Shown: one piece after another, positions 38,757 through 48,658 of the stretch
How positions within the stretch are numbered: position 1 is the first letter of the stretch
How the letters are laid out: every line of letters starts with the position of its first letter
From: a virus
Virus record (IMG/VR): IMGVR_UViG_3300030012_001572
Location: 32,130 to 96,129 of that record
Length of the DNA: 64,000 bases
Reading direction: 5' to 3' (one strand)
Translations under genes and position numbers: made by a program
The notes under the pieces: generated by a model
What the model saw: only the letters and a program-made list of their open reading frames with translations
Database searches by the model: none
Told to the model about the DNA's origin: nothing

Positions 38757-39662
38757 TCACAACCATGTGTCTTCATTTGCAGCATCACAAATACCAAAGT
38801 AAGAACAATGAGAACAAGTCTTATAATAAAACTTAGTTTCAAAATGTTTTTGTTCATAAGAATGTATTAACTTAGCAATATTGTTCATAACCGAAGTTCG
38901 TGTTCTTTTCTTAACTGGTTCAACAGTAATATGATTAGCAACGGGATAATACCAACCCCAATGACTTACTTCTAAATCAGAAGTTAATCCATGTTTGGCT
39001 AAGATTTCTTCAGGAGCATTTTCAAGCATTAATTGATAAAATGCCATTTCTTGTCTCATTGAAGTTTTCTTCCAATCTTTCCATCCACCTGTTTTATATT
39101 CAAAAGGAATAAGTTTACCGTTTTCAATGAATACTCGGTCAATAATACCTTGAAGTCTAACAACATAATCTCTTTGTAATGGAAACTTCGGATTCGTATT
39201 TCTAGGGATAGTTAATTCACAATCAAACATTCTTTCGTTAATTATAGGTAAAAACTCATGTATTCTCCCTTCACTTTTTGCTTCAATAAATCGTTGTGCT
39301 TCAAAAGCAGCAACAGTTAAAGAAACATCAAAGTATTCATCAACGGGCATTAAACTTGTTGCATACTCCATAATTTCTGAATTATTCATGGAATCGGCTT
39401 TCTTAATATCAAATTCATCAAAAAAGGCTTCTCTATGATTATGTAATATAGTTCCTTTACGCATGGCTTCTGTTTGGTCTTGAGGTAATTTCTCAATATA
39501 ACTAAACTCATACTTTTTAGGACACCAATTAAAAGAACCTAATGAAGACTTGCTTATCTTTAAGATAGGCTTAGAAGGGTCTTCAAATGCTTCTGCATCC
39601 CATTGATATGTAAATTCTCTCATTGACTTTAATCTTGCTTCGTATTGTTCATCTTTACTCAT
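38757..39662 (-). CDS. Cas4-like PD-(D/E)xK nuclease
   Basis: WCPKK, GTILH, GIIDRV, EYKTG, C-terminal CSHC-x5-C. Confidence 0.8.
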   Translation of the reverse strand: MSKDEQYEARLKSMREFTYQWDAEAFEDPSKPILKISKSSLGSFNWCPKKYEFSYIEKLPQDQTEAMRKGTILHNHREAFFDEFDIKKADSMNNSEIMEYATSLMPVDEYFDVSLTVAAFEAQRFIEAKSEGRIHEFLPIINERMFDCELTIPRNTNPKFPLQRDYVVRLQGIIDRVFIENGKLIPFEYKTGGWKDWKKTSMRQEMAFYQLMLENAPEEILAKHGLTSDLEVSHWGWYYPVANHITVEPVKKRTRTSVMNNIAKLIHSYEQKHFETKFYYKTCSHCSYFGICDAANEDTWL

Positions 39663-39665
39663 ATT

Positions 39666-40559
39666 TTACCACCACTCATCAAGGCTCGTTTGTGTATATC
39701 CTGTGCGTATGGACGATATATCCCAACCCATCGCCTTGTAAATAGGTTCGGCTTTCTTTACTACTTGTTCAGCATAGTGCTTCCAATCGGGAGTATAACC
39801 TTCAAAATCCTTTTTAGTTATGCCCGATATGTATTCAACATCTTTTCTTTCTTGCGTTAAAGGATGAATAAATGAATTACAAAAGCCCATTACTTTGATA
39901 AATAAATAAGAGTCATCAAAATTAGTGTCATTTTTTTGCCAAGCGTATAAAACTCCAGCAATACCTGAACCAATTGAAGGTTTTTTTCCTTCAAGTGTAG
40001 TGAATTTGCTTGTTTCTGTTGCACATTTTTTACAGACAGAATGTTTTAGTTCTAAACATTCCTTCAAATGATATTTTGCTTTACATTCTGGGCATTTTAC
40101 TGTGAATCTGGAAGGTCTTAAACGACTTCTCTTAATGATTGAATCAATATCAATTTTACCATTAAGAACATTTTGATATGTTTCAAAAAGATATTTATTG
40201 ATTTCTGCTTGTGATTTTTCACCAACCCACATTTTAAGAACATTAGTTTGAACTTCCTTTGCTAATTTAGTTTCACTTACTCTTTTAGCAGTAAATCCTG
40301 TCATTGTGAACTTTGGCTCATTAAGCCATTCTCCATCTTCCCAAGATACTAAACCAGCATTTCTGTTCTTTGTTGTTCCTACACCTAATGCTGAAAAATA
40401 CTTTTCAAATTCTAATACTACTGGGTGTTCTTTTAATCCCATAACATTAGGAAAGTGTTCTCTTACTGATGCTTCAATTTCTTTAATCGCTGTTTGAGCA
40501 GTTTCTACGGAATCAATTTGCACATAGATAGAATCGGTATGTCCATAAACTACTTTCAT
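39666..40559 (-). CDS. polB: Family B DNA polymerase, C-terminal subunit (split PolB)
   Basis: Begins at motif C YGHTDS; LEFEK, KNRNAG; thumb with CxxC...CxxC insert. Confidence 0.85.
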   Translation of the reverse strand: MKVVYGHTDSIYVQIDSVETAQTAIKEIEASVREHFPNVMGLKEHPVVLEFEKYFSALGVGTTKNRNAGLVSWEDGEWLNEPKFTMTGFTAKRVSETKLAKEVQTNVLKMWVGEKSQAEINKYLFETYQNVLNGKIDIDSIIKRSRLRPSRFTVKCPECKAKYHLKECLELKHSVCKKCATETSKFTTLEGKKPSIGSGIAGVLYAWQKNDTNFDDSYLFIKVMGFCNSFIHPLTQERKDVEYISGITKKDFEGYTPDWKHYAEQVVKKAEPIYKAMGWDISSIRTGYTQTSLDEWW

Positions 40560-40563
40560 AATA

Positions 40564-40764
40564 TCACTTTAACCAACTAAACATTATTCCTACTGGCTGA
40601 TTAGCCATTTTTGCTACTTCTTCTTGTAGTTCACGGACACAGATTCTAAGATTACTATTAGTGCTATTTTGCTCAATTTGATAATCTAAGTCTTTTTCTA
40701 AACCGTTAATTCTTTGCTTGAGGGCTTTTATTTCCCTTTTTAATTCTTTAATTTCTTCTTTCAT
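40564..40764 (-). CDS. Small coiled-coil protein
   Basis: Heptad pattern; between the PolB halves. Confidence 0.5.
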   Translation of the reverse strand: MKEEIKELKREIKALKQRINGLEKDLDYQIEQNSTNSNLRICVRELQEEVAKMANQPVGIMFSWLK

Positions 40765-40892
40765 ATTACCACCGTAATTATTGTTATAATGGTTGCTATG
40801 TTTACGATATTTACCATCATTAATATCTTATTTGACCTTGCTATCATAGCCAGCAATTCTTCTAATAACTCATTTGTTCTGTCCATCATCAT
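40761..40892 (-). CDS. Small membrane-anchored peptide (43 aa)
   Basis: MMMDRTNELLEELLAMIARSNKILMMVNIVNIATIITIITVVI; GGTGGA RBS; ATGA coupling. Confidence 0.5.
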   Translation of the reverse strand: MMMDRTNELLEELLAMIARSNKILMMVNIVNIATIITIITVVI

Positions 40893-41121
40893 TGTAATCC
40901 ACCGAATCATTTAGAATTTTCACATTACCAGCAACCTGAACATTATTATTTCCAATTGCTATTTGCGAATTAGAATTAACTCCTTGTTCAATGTCTAAGA
41001 TAATAGCATTACGCTTTAGATTATTCATCATCTGAAATATCTCTTTTACTTCTTGTAATGTTATTTCCCATGTTTCTTCGGTATCATACGATACTTTAAC
41101 TGTTACTATTTTTGTTCTCAT
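40870..41121 (-). CDS. Hypothetical protein
   Basis: ORF with GAGG RBS. Confidence 0.45.
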   Translation of the reverse strand: MRTKIVTVKVSYDTEETWEITLQEVKEIFQMMNNLKRNAIILDIEQGVNSNSQIAIGNNNVQVAGNVKILNDSVDYNDDGQNK

Positions 41122-41122
41122 T

Positions 41123-41338
41123 TTAAATCCTCACATATGTTCTTCTTCCTCTATTCATATCTTTAGATATGATATTATCTTTACGATTCAAATACCATCC
41201 TATTGCGCTATTATCTACTACAAAAGTAGTTCCTCTTTCGGAAACTAACTGTTCTCTAACAGTAGTGGCAAGAAATTCATGACCTACTGGATATTCAGAA
41301 ACAATTGAATCAATCCATCTTTTAACATGACTATTCAT
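41123..41338 (-). CDS. Putative winged-helix protein
   Basis: Helix-turn-helix and wing pattern ending RRTYVRI. Confidence 0.45.
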   Translation of the reverse strand: MNSHVKRWIDSIVSEYPVGHEFLATTVREQLVSERGTTFVVDNSAIGWYLNRKDNIISKDMNRGRRTYVRI

Positions 41339-41466
41339 CCAAATCTCTCCTTATGTCCACATTTAGGGCATTCATATACTGCTTTTTCTTTTGCGGAACT
41401 ATATCCATACCCTTTAGGTTTATAATATTTACAAACTAATTCTTCTTTACATACTATACATTTCAT
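41335..41466 (-). CDS. Small Zn-ribbon protein (43 aa)
   Basis: MKCIVC...YECPKCGH; ATGA-coupled to PolB-N. Confidence 0.55.
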   Translation of the reverse strand: MKCIVCKEELVCKYYKPKGYGYSSAKEKAVYECPKCGHKERFG

Positions 41467-43106
41467 ATTTTCATCTCCTTTGCCTTAAACGCTGCTAATC
41501 TAATTGCTTCTCTTGCACTTGCAGTAATTGATGCGGCTAAATTAACATTAGCCCAACCAAATCCTTGAAAGGCTACAATGCCGTAAAAAGAAGCCATTAA
41601 TCGCTTTACTGCCATTTGATTGTTATACCACTTCGCATAATCTCCCGTTCCTCTTGCATCTCTCATAAGTTGTTTATATTCATTTCGCAGTTCCTTGAGT
41701 TCCAATACTGCTCTCGGCAATAAACCCAATTCATCGGTTTTAAAGTAAATCATTTGTTTTCTAGTAGTTTCGCTAAAATCTCTCGGTGTTAAGATATTAA
41801 CTGCAAATTCTGTTGGTTCTTGGCTAATTGTTTCCCAAGATATATTTCTTGCAATCATCATTGAAGGATAAAGACCAGCAAAATCAAAGGCGGCTACATT
41901 CAAATGTAATCCATTTGTTTCTTCACTTAATGGGTCATAAATCATCGCACCTTCATATTCTTCTCTTTTATCTACTTTACTTCCTGTTGGTGCTATCCAC
42001 CAAGCATTACGCATAAAGTAAATAGAACCCATATGGCTTGCATAAAAACAAGCATCAAATGGTGCTTTTAGCAACCTTTGTAAAGAAAGAATTGCTTCAC
42101 TACAAAAGTTTGTTTCGTCAATTTCAACAATTAACTCAACATCTTTTAGAGCATACTCAAGATAAGTTTCTGTATCTTCTAACCAAGCACGACGATAAAA
42201 TTCATTTGTGTCTGGAAACTTTTCTGATACTAATTTCTTTTTACCGAGAACTATTTCACCTATGTAATCTAAAGACATTGACGGTAATGTTCCTCTTTGA
42301 GAATCATTCCATTGTCTTTCAAATGCTAAGTCTAAAGAGAGGGTAATTCGTCCACCGATAGGTTGTTCAATAGGACTAAAACCATTCTCCGCATATGCAA
42401 AAGAAAATCCATCCTTTGTCTTTTTAATTCCTTTAATATGACCAATAGGAGACATAATACAGGGATTTAAACCTACTGCACATGCTCTTTCTAATAACTT
42501 AGGAATATCAGCAAAATTACCAAACCATGCAATTAACATATCAGGGTCTTTAACAATCATTGTAGTCATAAAGTCTTCAATCATATCCTTTTCACTATCA
42601 AATACTTTTTCTTTATCATGGAAATAGGTTGCCGTGTGATTCTCAGGAAACCAAGACCATTGATGATATTCTTTGTCATAGTTATCATAAACAACAATTG
42701 TAGTTAATTGGTCATGATATTCTCCACCTTGTTGCCATTCCATATCCCAATACCATTTACGCATGTTATATTCAGGCATTTCATGTAATTCATCTACACA
42801 ATATCTAAAGTGTAAAGGAACATCTGCTTCATAGGTTTTACCAAATATCTTCTTTGCCTCTTTAATATCATTTGCTGAATCTACTAAAACTTTCTTTAGT
42901 GGTTCTTTATCAAGATTAACCCAGTCACCACGAATATAATCAAAATCTCTAGTAATATATTTAGAAGCATTATACGCTGGCGGTTCATGCGCTTCTTCAT
43001 CCACATAGAAATAGGGTTGAAAATCAACCAATTCAAACTTTTTTTCACCATTTTCCCTCCATGATTTATAGATAGTTCTACCATCATTCATCTTGTTAAT
43101 TATCAT
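41463..43106 (-). CDS. polB: Family B DNA polymerase, N-terminal subunit (exonuclease plus motifs A and B)
   Basis: WDMEW ExoI, YALKD ExoIII, DFAGLYPS, KRLMASFYG; ends after ITASAR. Confidence 0.9.
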   Translation of the reverse strand: MIINKMNDGRTIYKSWRENGEKKFELVDFQPYFYVDEEAHEPPAYNASKYITRDFDYIRGDWVNLDKEPLKKVLVDSANDIKEAKKIFGKTYEADVPLHFRYCVDELHEMPEYNMRKWYWDMEWQQGGEYHDQLTTIVVYDNYDKEYHQWSWFPENHTATYFHDKEKVFDSEKDMIEDFMTTMIVKDPDMLIAWFGNFADIPKLLERACAVGLNPCIMSPIGHIKGIKKTKDGFSFAYAENGFSPIEQPIGGRITLSLDLAFERQWNDSQRGTLPSMSLDYIGEIVLGKKKLVSEKFPDTNEFYRRAWLEDTETYLEYALKDVELIVEIDETNFCSEAILSLQRLLKAPFDACFYASHMGSIYFMRNAWWIAPTGSKVDKREEYEGAMIYDPLSEETNGLHLNVAAFDFAGLYPSMMIARNISWETISQEPTEFAVNILTPRDFSETTRKQMIYFKTDELGLLPRAVLELKELRNEYKQLMRDARGTGDYAKWYNNQMAVKRLMASFYGIVAFQGFGWANVNLAASITASAREAIRLAAFKAKEMKI

Positions 43107-43112
43107 TATTAT

Positions 43113-43892
43113 TCACCCATTTACTGTTGGGGCTTTTAGTAGCATTCTATCATTTGCAACTAATAAAAGCGGAAATTCATCTTTCATATAAACATTAATC
43201 ATTTGGTCTTTTTCAAAGAAAGCATAAACTGGACTGCTAAATTCAACAGTCGCAGGTTCTCCCATAGGAAATACAGGAGTAATAGTTTCTTCGTATTTAT
43301 TTGTGACATTTTCTCTTGAAGATACTGTCAAGAGATTTTCATTGTAATCAAATTTATAGACACCATTTTTAACCAATTCACAATTTTTAATTGCTGATTG
43401 TAATTGCGGTTGAGTTAGAGTAAATGCTCCCTCAAATGAGGATTTACCAAAACCAAACAATGTTTGCGGTTGTATTTCATATCTAACATGATTTAACATA
43501 TTTTTAATTCTAACCAAAGCCGCATCACTTGGATGATTAACGACTATTGGGATAGAGGCTTTTTTATTTGCGCCATTGAGTGCAATAAAATCACCTACAT
43601 TAAAAGTTACAATGTCTCCAAAAGTTTTCAAATAAGGTAATAAAGTAGTGGTATCAACCACACAAGTTCCTTCAACTATTCTTGTATTGATTTCTTCATC
43701 TAACTGAATATCAAGTTTCACAAAGAAAGTATTGTTTCCATTCCAAATACTGAGAGTATTATCCTTAATAATAAGCATAACATAAGAACCAAGCGAAGTA
43801 TTACCAAAACCACTATTTGTGCTTCCTTTACCTTTAACTTGAATACTTGTTAATGCTTTACTTAGTTTATCACACTCTACTGTAAATATCAA
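43113..43892 (-). CDS. Putative DNA sliding clamp
   Basis: 259 aa two-domain pattern; C-terminal FPLLLV...LKAP; lies between PolB and RFC genes. Confidence 0.6.
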   Translation of the reverse strand: MIFTVECDKLSKALTSIQVKGKGSTNSGFGNTSLGSYVMLIIKDNTLSIWNGNNTFFVKLDIQLDEEINTRIVEGTCVVDTTTLLPYLKTFGDIVTFNVGDFIALNGANKKASIPIVVNHPSDAALVRIKNMLNHVRYEIQPQTLFGFGKSSFEGAFTLTQPQLQSAIKNCELVKNGVYKFDYNENLLTVSSRENVTNKYEETITPVFPMGEPATVEFSSPVYAFFEKDQMINVYMKDEFPLLLVANDRMLLKAPTVNG

Positions 43893-44692
43893 ATTGAACC
43901 CTCACGCAATTCAGGAATACCATTCCAAACTATATTAGGTGCTTTACCTTCTCTAATAGTCCATGTTTTACCTACTAAATTACCATTAGTTCTTGAACCG
44001 ACTAATTGTGCAACATAGTGTAATTCACCTTTAATATTCTTCTTTTGACAATGTATCTCTTGTTCTAATTTTCCACCCCAATCTCGCCATGCAGGTTGGA
44101 CTCCAACAGGAACATTATCTACATATTTTTCTGTTTCATGCGTAATAAAAATTACATCACATTTAAGTCTATAAATAGAAACCATTAGAGCCTCAAAGGT
44201 TTTATTTCTTGGCCCGTATTGATACGGCATCATTTTAGTTACTTTAGTAGGGTCAGGGTTTATTTTGTAAATACAACTATTAAACCATGTATCTACACCA
44301 TCAATAACAAATATAGGGTTTTCTCCTTCTTGTATTTTACCATGCACATATTTTACAAAATCTCTTGAGTTTTGCTCAGACTTGTAAATATCTAATTTAG
44401 CATCAGAATCTTGCACTATCGGGTCAAATACTTCAATTCTTTCTGTTGCGTTATGGCAGGTAATCCATGTAGATTCAACGCCACTATCCCAATCAAGCAC
44501 ATATATTTTTCTATCAGGAAAATCTAACGCAAGACCTGTTTTACCTGTTTTTGGTTCTCCCCAAATACCTAAAACTAATCTTGGTTGTCTATCCTTTCTT
44601 TTGTTTTCCATTTGCTTTTTATGCATTTCCAAGAATGTTTCACTTGGAAGTGCATTACCACTTGAACTTGTTAATCCCATTATTTTCACCAT
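43889..44692 (-). CDS. RecA-fold ATPase (Sak4/AAA_24-like recombinase)
   Basis: GEPKTGKT, LDWDSG, VIDG, IFITHE. Confidence 0.7.
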   Translation of the reverse strand: MVKIMGLTSSSGNALPSETFLEMHKKQMENKRKDRQPRLVLGIWGEPKTGKTGLALDFPDRKIYVLDWDSGVESTWITCHNATERIEVFDPIVQDSDAKLDIYKSEQNSRDFVKYVHGKIQEGENPIFVIDGVDTWFNSCIYKINPDPTKVTKMMPYQYGPRNKTFEALMVSIYRLKCDVIFITHETEKYVDNVPVGVQPAWRDWGGKLEQEIHCQKKNIKGELHYVAQLVGSRTNGNLVGKTWTIREGKAPNIVWNGIPELREGSI

Positions 44693-44943
44693 TCCTCTAT
44701 TAAATCTTCTTCATCTATTGCTAAGTATTGTCCTCTAATATCAGCCCAAGCCTGTATTAAGGTTTTAAGTGCTAATACATTCTCACATACATACCTTGCT
44801 TCTTTTGAACCGATATGTAGTTTAGTCCAATAAGTTCCTTCTTCATTGTCATTCTCTTTCCAAGTTATAAAATCAACATTGTATAAATCAACTAAATAAC
44901 TATTCTTCTTTAATAAATATCTATTTCCTTTTAAATCATCCAT
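44686..44943 (-). CDS. Hypothetical protein
   Basis: Start MDDLKG after GGGGTGA RBS. Confidence 0.5.
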   Translation of the reverse strand: MDDLKGNRYLLKKNSYLVDLYNVDFITWKENDNEEGTYWTKLHIGSKEARYVCENVLALKTLIQAWADIRGQYLAIDEEDLIEEW

Positions 44944-45029
44944 ATATTCACCCCCATTTAAGGGATATAGGCTTCGCACCTATATGACCGTCATTAACGC
45001 CAACGACTACACAAAGATTGATTACTCAA

Positions 45030-46247
45030 TCAAAACCAATCAAAGTCTTCTTCAACTGGTTGTGCTACTTCAACTGCTGAACCATGCTTAATTACACAGT
45101 AAATACCTGTTGTATTGATAGTTACTGGTTCAACTCCTTCATCAGTAGTTCTTTGGCTAGTTCTTCCGACTACAATAACTGATGAGCCTATTCCAAAGTC
45201 AAGACCCAAATGCTCAGGAATCCAACAAGTAGTAATACCGTCGTTATCATAATCCATTTCTGCATTTAAATCAGTTAAGTTAATGATTCTATTACCATTT
45301 GAGGTAGGAATCATATTCATATTACAAACTGTTCCGTCTGTAATGACAAATCTTTCTTTAGAAGGCAAAGAAGCCCTTTCAAGATGTGCTTTGTTCATTT
45401 CAACCAAAGGAACTAAATGACTGCTGAAATTGTTTTTTAGACAATCTTCAAAGTCAAAGTTAGACATATCACGATATAAGTCGTTTTCAACATCCATATC
45501 AGTATTCATAGTTAAACTATCCACAGTCAATGTTTTTGCTCCATAAATGTCAGTTCCGTTAGAACCCAATACACAAAGGAAATGACACCATTCAAATGTG
45601 TTTGGTGCAAAATCAACTCCGCCTTGATTCTTATATGAGAAATAATAAGGCTTCATTTCGCCTGTTCCCAAAGAACCATAGAAAACACCGCTTCTTCTCA
45701 TTTGTTCGGGAGGAAGGGGTTTTCCGTAATTATTGTTTTTGCCACCATTCATATAAACTGGTGTGTTATCCAAAGGAATAAAGAAACGACCATCTTCTGT
45801 TTCTTCTGTTCCCGAAGGAAGCGTGGTTAAAGTTTTTTCATTGTATTCACCATTATGGTATCTTGATACAATCCACTTTCCTAAAGCATTTTGTGTAGCA
45901 ACTGCAACAATACCGCTTTCAAGGGCATTTGTTTCATTACGCAAAAACTCTTCTTTTGCTTTCATTCTGTTATATGCCATCATATCTCTTGGTGCATCCA
46001 AAGAAACAAAGAAACCAAAAGCAGACTTGTAAAAGGAATCATCGCTGTTTCCTTCTGTATTATTGTCATTACTTTGCGCCCTTCGTGTGTTAGCAACATA
46101 ATTTCGCCATAGACCCTTAGCAATAGGGTTTGTTGTTTCAATGTTGTTTTCACGGCAAATTTCTTCAAACTTTGCCATTCCTTCTTCAGCACTCAAGCCA
46201 ATAACTTCAGCACCTTTCAATATTTCGTTTTTCATGTTTTCATCCAT
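45030..46247 (-). CDS. Putative ssDNA-binding (RPA/OB-fold) protein
   Basis: C-terminal OB-like segment (ITDGTV...VIVVGRT); acidic-aromatic tail EEDFDWF. Confidence 0.55.
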   Translation of the reverse strand: MDENMKNEILKGAEVIGLSAEEGMAKFEEICRENNIETTNPIAKGLWRNYVANTRRAQSNDNNTEGNSDDSFYKSAFGFFVSLDAPRDMMAYNRMKAKEEFLRNETNALESGIVAVATQNALGKWIVSRYHNGEYNEKTLTTLPSGTEETEDGRFFIPLDNTPVYMNGGKNNNYGKPLPPEQMRRSGVFYGSLGTGEMKPYYFSYKNQGGVDFAPNTFEWCHFLCVLGSNGTDIYGAKTLTVDSLTMNTDMDVENDLYRDMSNFDFEDCLKNNFSSHLVPLVEMNKAHLERASLPSKERFVITDGTVCNMNMIPTSNGNRIINLTDLNAEMDYDNDGITTCWIPEHLGLDFGIGSSVIVVGRTSQRTTDEGVEPVTINTTGIYCVIKHGSAVEVAQPVEEDFDWF

Positions 46248-46283
46248 ATTTTCACCTACTTATCTTTTTTGTTTTGTTTTTTC

Positions 46284-47249
46284 CTACAATAACTGCCCTA
46301 TTAACCATGAGGCTAATAATTTGGGGGTCATTGTATTGGAACGCCATTCGCTTTCTCCTAATGTTCTTAACATCTTGAATTTAAAATTATTATCTAATCC
46401 TTCTGAATTAATTACGGCATCATGTAATCCGACACAGATTTCTCTAATAGACTTACCATCATGCAAAAGGTTATGAATACTGTTCAAAGAATTAGAATTT
46501 TTATTTGTAATTGATATTAATAATTTATTATAGTCAGTTAAACCAATCGCTACTTGCTTAGAGAGCGTTGAATTACTGGCTTTAGCCGCTTGTAATTCAG
46601 TAATCGCCCTACGCATATCACCATTCATAGAGTATATAAACGACCCTAATTCATCTTGGGAGAAATGAGTTATTTCTTCACGCTTGAGAATAGAATTGAT
46701 TACTTCTAACATGGCTTCATTAGAAAGTGGTTTGAAATGATAGTTTGCACATCTGCTTTGAAGTGCAAAGATAATTTTATTTCTATCATTACAAGTAATA
46801 ATAAATCTTACATTACTTGCATATCTCTCCATGATTCTTTTAAGAGCGTTTTGTGCATCATTAGTCATACCATCCATTTCATCTAATAATACGATTCTAA
46901 ATGGTGCATCACCTATTGTTCCGCTTTGTGCTATATTCTTAATAGTAGTTCGCACATTCTCTAATCGTCTATCATCAGAAGCATTTACTTCTACAAAGTT
47001 ATCTTTAAAAGAATCACCAAGTATTTCTTTTCCAATAACTAATCCTGCTCCTGTCTTTCCATTTCCAGGATTTCCGAATAATAACAGATTAGGCATGTTT
47101 TTTTCTTCTATCCATGCTTTTGCATCCATTACAAAGTGTGGCTGTCCTATAATTTCATTTAGTTTATTTGGTCTGTATTTTTCTGTCCATAACATTTTTA
47201 TTCCTCCATAAGTTTGAATTTGTTTCCTTGCTCCATCCTGCTTTTTCAA
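46284..47249 (-). CDS. rfcS: Replication factor C small subunit (probable start MLWTEKYRP)
   Basis: WTEKYRP, GNPGNGKT, NASDDR, LDEMD, SRC, GDMR. Confidence 0.9.
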   Translation of the reverse strand: MKKQDGARKQIQTYGGIKMLWTEKYRPNKLNEIIGQPHFVMDAKAWIEEKNMPNLLLFGNPGNGKTGAGLVIGKEILGDSFKDNFVEVNASDDRRLENVRTTIKNIAQSGTIGDAPFRIVLLDEMDGMTNDAQNALKRIMERYASNVRFIITCNDRNKIIFALQSRCANYHFKPLSNEAMLEVINSILKREEITHFSQDELGSFIYSMNGDMRRAITELQAAKASNSTLSKQVAIGLTDYNKLLISITNKNSNSLNSIHNLLHDGKSIREICVGLHDAVINSEGLDNNFKFKMLRTLGESEWRSNTMTPKLLASWLIGQLL

Positions 47250-47424
47250 AATGCTTAAATCTCATTATTTGAGCAACTTGATTGCTTGTAAAAGAAGATA
47301 CTCTTTTACTAGAGCCTTTTTTCTCATTGTTTTGTTTTTTAAGTTCTTCCATTATTTCTCTAACGGATAGTTCTTTGCCCTCTAATATCTTTTGTATTTT
47401 GGGCACAAGGGATTTACTTACCAT
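47164..47424 (-). CDS. Winged-helix protein
   Basis: LSVREI..., TSNQVAQIM, NLW. Confidence 0.5.
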   Translation of the reverse strand: MVSKSLVPKIQKILEGKELSVREIMEELKKQNNEKKGSSKRVSSFTSNQVAQIMRFKHFEKAGWSKETNSNLWRNKNVMDRKIQTK

Positions 47425-48263
47425 ATAAAATCCTCCAATGAAGTTTGTTCAACAATTACTGGCGTTGTTTTCTTTCTTCGTTTCTTTTCACCAATTTTAA
47501 GAATACGACACTCACTATTGTTTAGTTTCTTTTTTGCCCATTCTTTGAATGAAGGGTCTTTTAATAATTGATTGAGAACATCAGGATTTTTAACTCCTAA
47601 TCTTCTTGATAAGGAAGGTATCTTAGAATACTTTCTTCTAATAGGCATTTCTAATCTACCTGCTCTATTACCACTATGAGCGTATGCTAACATCTCATAG
47701 AAATATCTTTGACTCCATCTTCTCTTTACTACCCCATCAACAAAAATTAATCTGTTCGGGTGCATATTTTCTGAAAGCCATGATATTATCTGAGTATCTG
47801 ATGGTTTATTAAAAAGCAAAAGATTTCGAATCAATTCCCTATCCGTTGATTTAAGATACTCATAAACCAATGAATAAGTATCTCTTTCCCAAGAAAGAGG
47901 ACTTACTGAATTTGGTGCTACTGATTTAATTTGTTCATCTAAATATTTTTTAGAACCTGCTCTTTTTACTTTACACATAGCAAATATATCTTTTGGAACA
48001 CTTTTTTGATTAATAGAAGTAAGAACTACTTGTCCTTTATATTTTCTAATAATATCAAGTATTGCACTTTTATCAGGTTTATAGTGAACATCTTCAATAA
48101 TAATTCCGTTCTCCACAGGAAATGAACCTACATCAAAATCAATATCATTTGCGTATAGAATAATTGGGTCTATTACAAATGTTTTTGCTTTTGTTGATTT
48201 TCCTGTTCCTGTTTTTCCTGTTATTAATATTGTTCTATTGTTATTCATTGTGGTTAATCCCAT
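47418..48263 (-). CDS. Divergent RFC large subunit
   Basis: GKTGTGKS, IIIEDV; C-terminal PIP-like QTSLEDF. Confidence 0.65.
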   Translation of the reverse strand: MGLTTMNNNRTILITGKTGTGKSTKAKTFVIDPIILYANDIDFDVGSFPVENGIIIEDVHYKPDKSAILDIIRKYKGQVVLTSINQKSVPKDIFAMCKVKRAGSKKYLDEQIKSVAPNSVSPLSWERDTYSLVYEYLKSTDRELIRNLLLFNKPSDTQIISWLSENMHPNRLIFVDGVVKRRWSQRYFYEMLAYAHSGNRAGRLEMPIRRKYSKIPSLSRRLGVKNPDVLNQLLKDPSFKEWAKKKLNNSECRILKIGEKKRRKKTTPVIVEQTSLEDFIW

Positions 48264-48658
48264 TAAATTACCCCTTTTAATTTAAGTATTCTATCAAGCC
48301 CTTCGGCAGTTCTATGTTTATTTTCACCAAGTATCTCAACTACCTCTCTAAACATTCCCCATTCGTTTTTTGCATCAGGTAAATCGGGAACTAATTCAGT
48401 TAATTTAAACAGATTTTTTACCCCTCCTATTTTAAGAATAGGTTTGGGTCTTGTTTTAGATTCTGAAACTTTCAAAGAAGAAGAAATCTGGTGTTGTTGT
48501 AAGGAGCGTTGAATCCCTTCAAGGAAAGGTAGTTCTGCTCTTATAATTAATTTTAGTTTTACTCTATAACCTATTTGAGAGTCTTTGGCTCTTTCAATAT
48601 GAAAATCAACTTTAGATGCACCAAGCAAAATACCTGACAATATTTGCTTATTATACAT
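48263..48658 (-). CDS. LAGLIDADG-fold protein, probably degenerate
   Basis: LSGILLGAS, GYRVKL, H.TAEGL..I pattern; the acidic catalytic residue is not evident. Confidence 0.6.
   Translation of the reverse strand: MYNKQILSGILLGASKVDFHIERAKDSQIGYRVKLKLIIRAELPFLEGIQRSLQQHQISSSLKVSESKTRPKPILKIGGVKNLFKLTELVPDLPDAKNEWGMFREVVEILGENKHRTAEGLDRILKLKGVI

Noticed and set aside
38757-39662. Cas4 as evidence of a CRISPR-Cas locus
   Set aside because: No repeat-spacer array or other cas genes seen; solo Cas4-like nucleases are common in viruses
40560-41462. Intron or split intein interrupting polB
   Set aside because: No Cys/Ser start or His-Asn end of an intein, no homing endonuclease, and the gap is filled with coupled ORFs that have their own RBSs
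48263-48658. Active homing endonuclease or mobile intron
   Set aside because: Free-standing, with intact flanking genes and a degenerate LAGLIDADG motif
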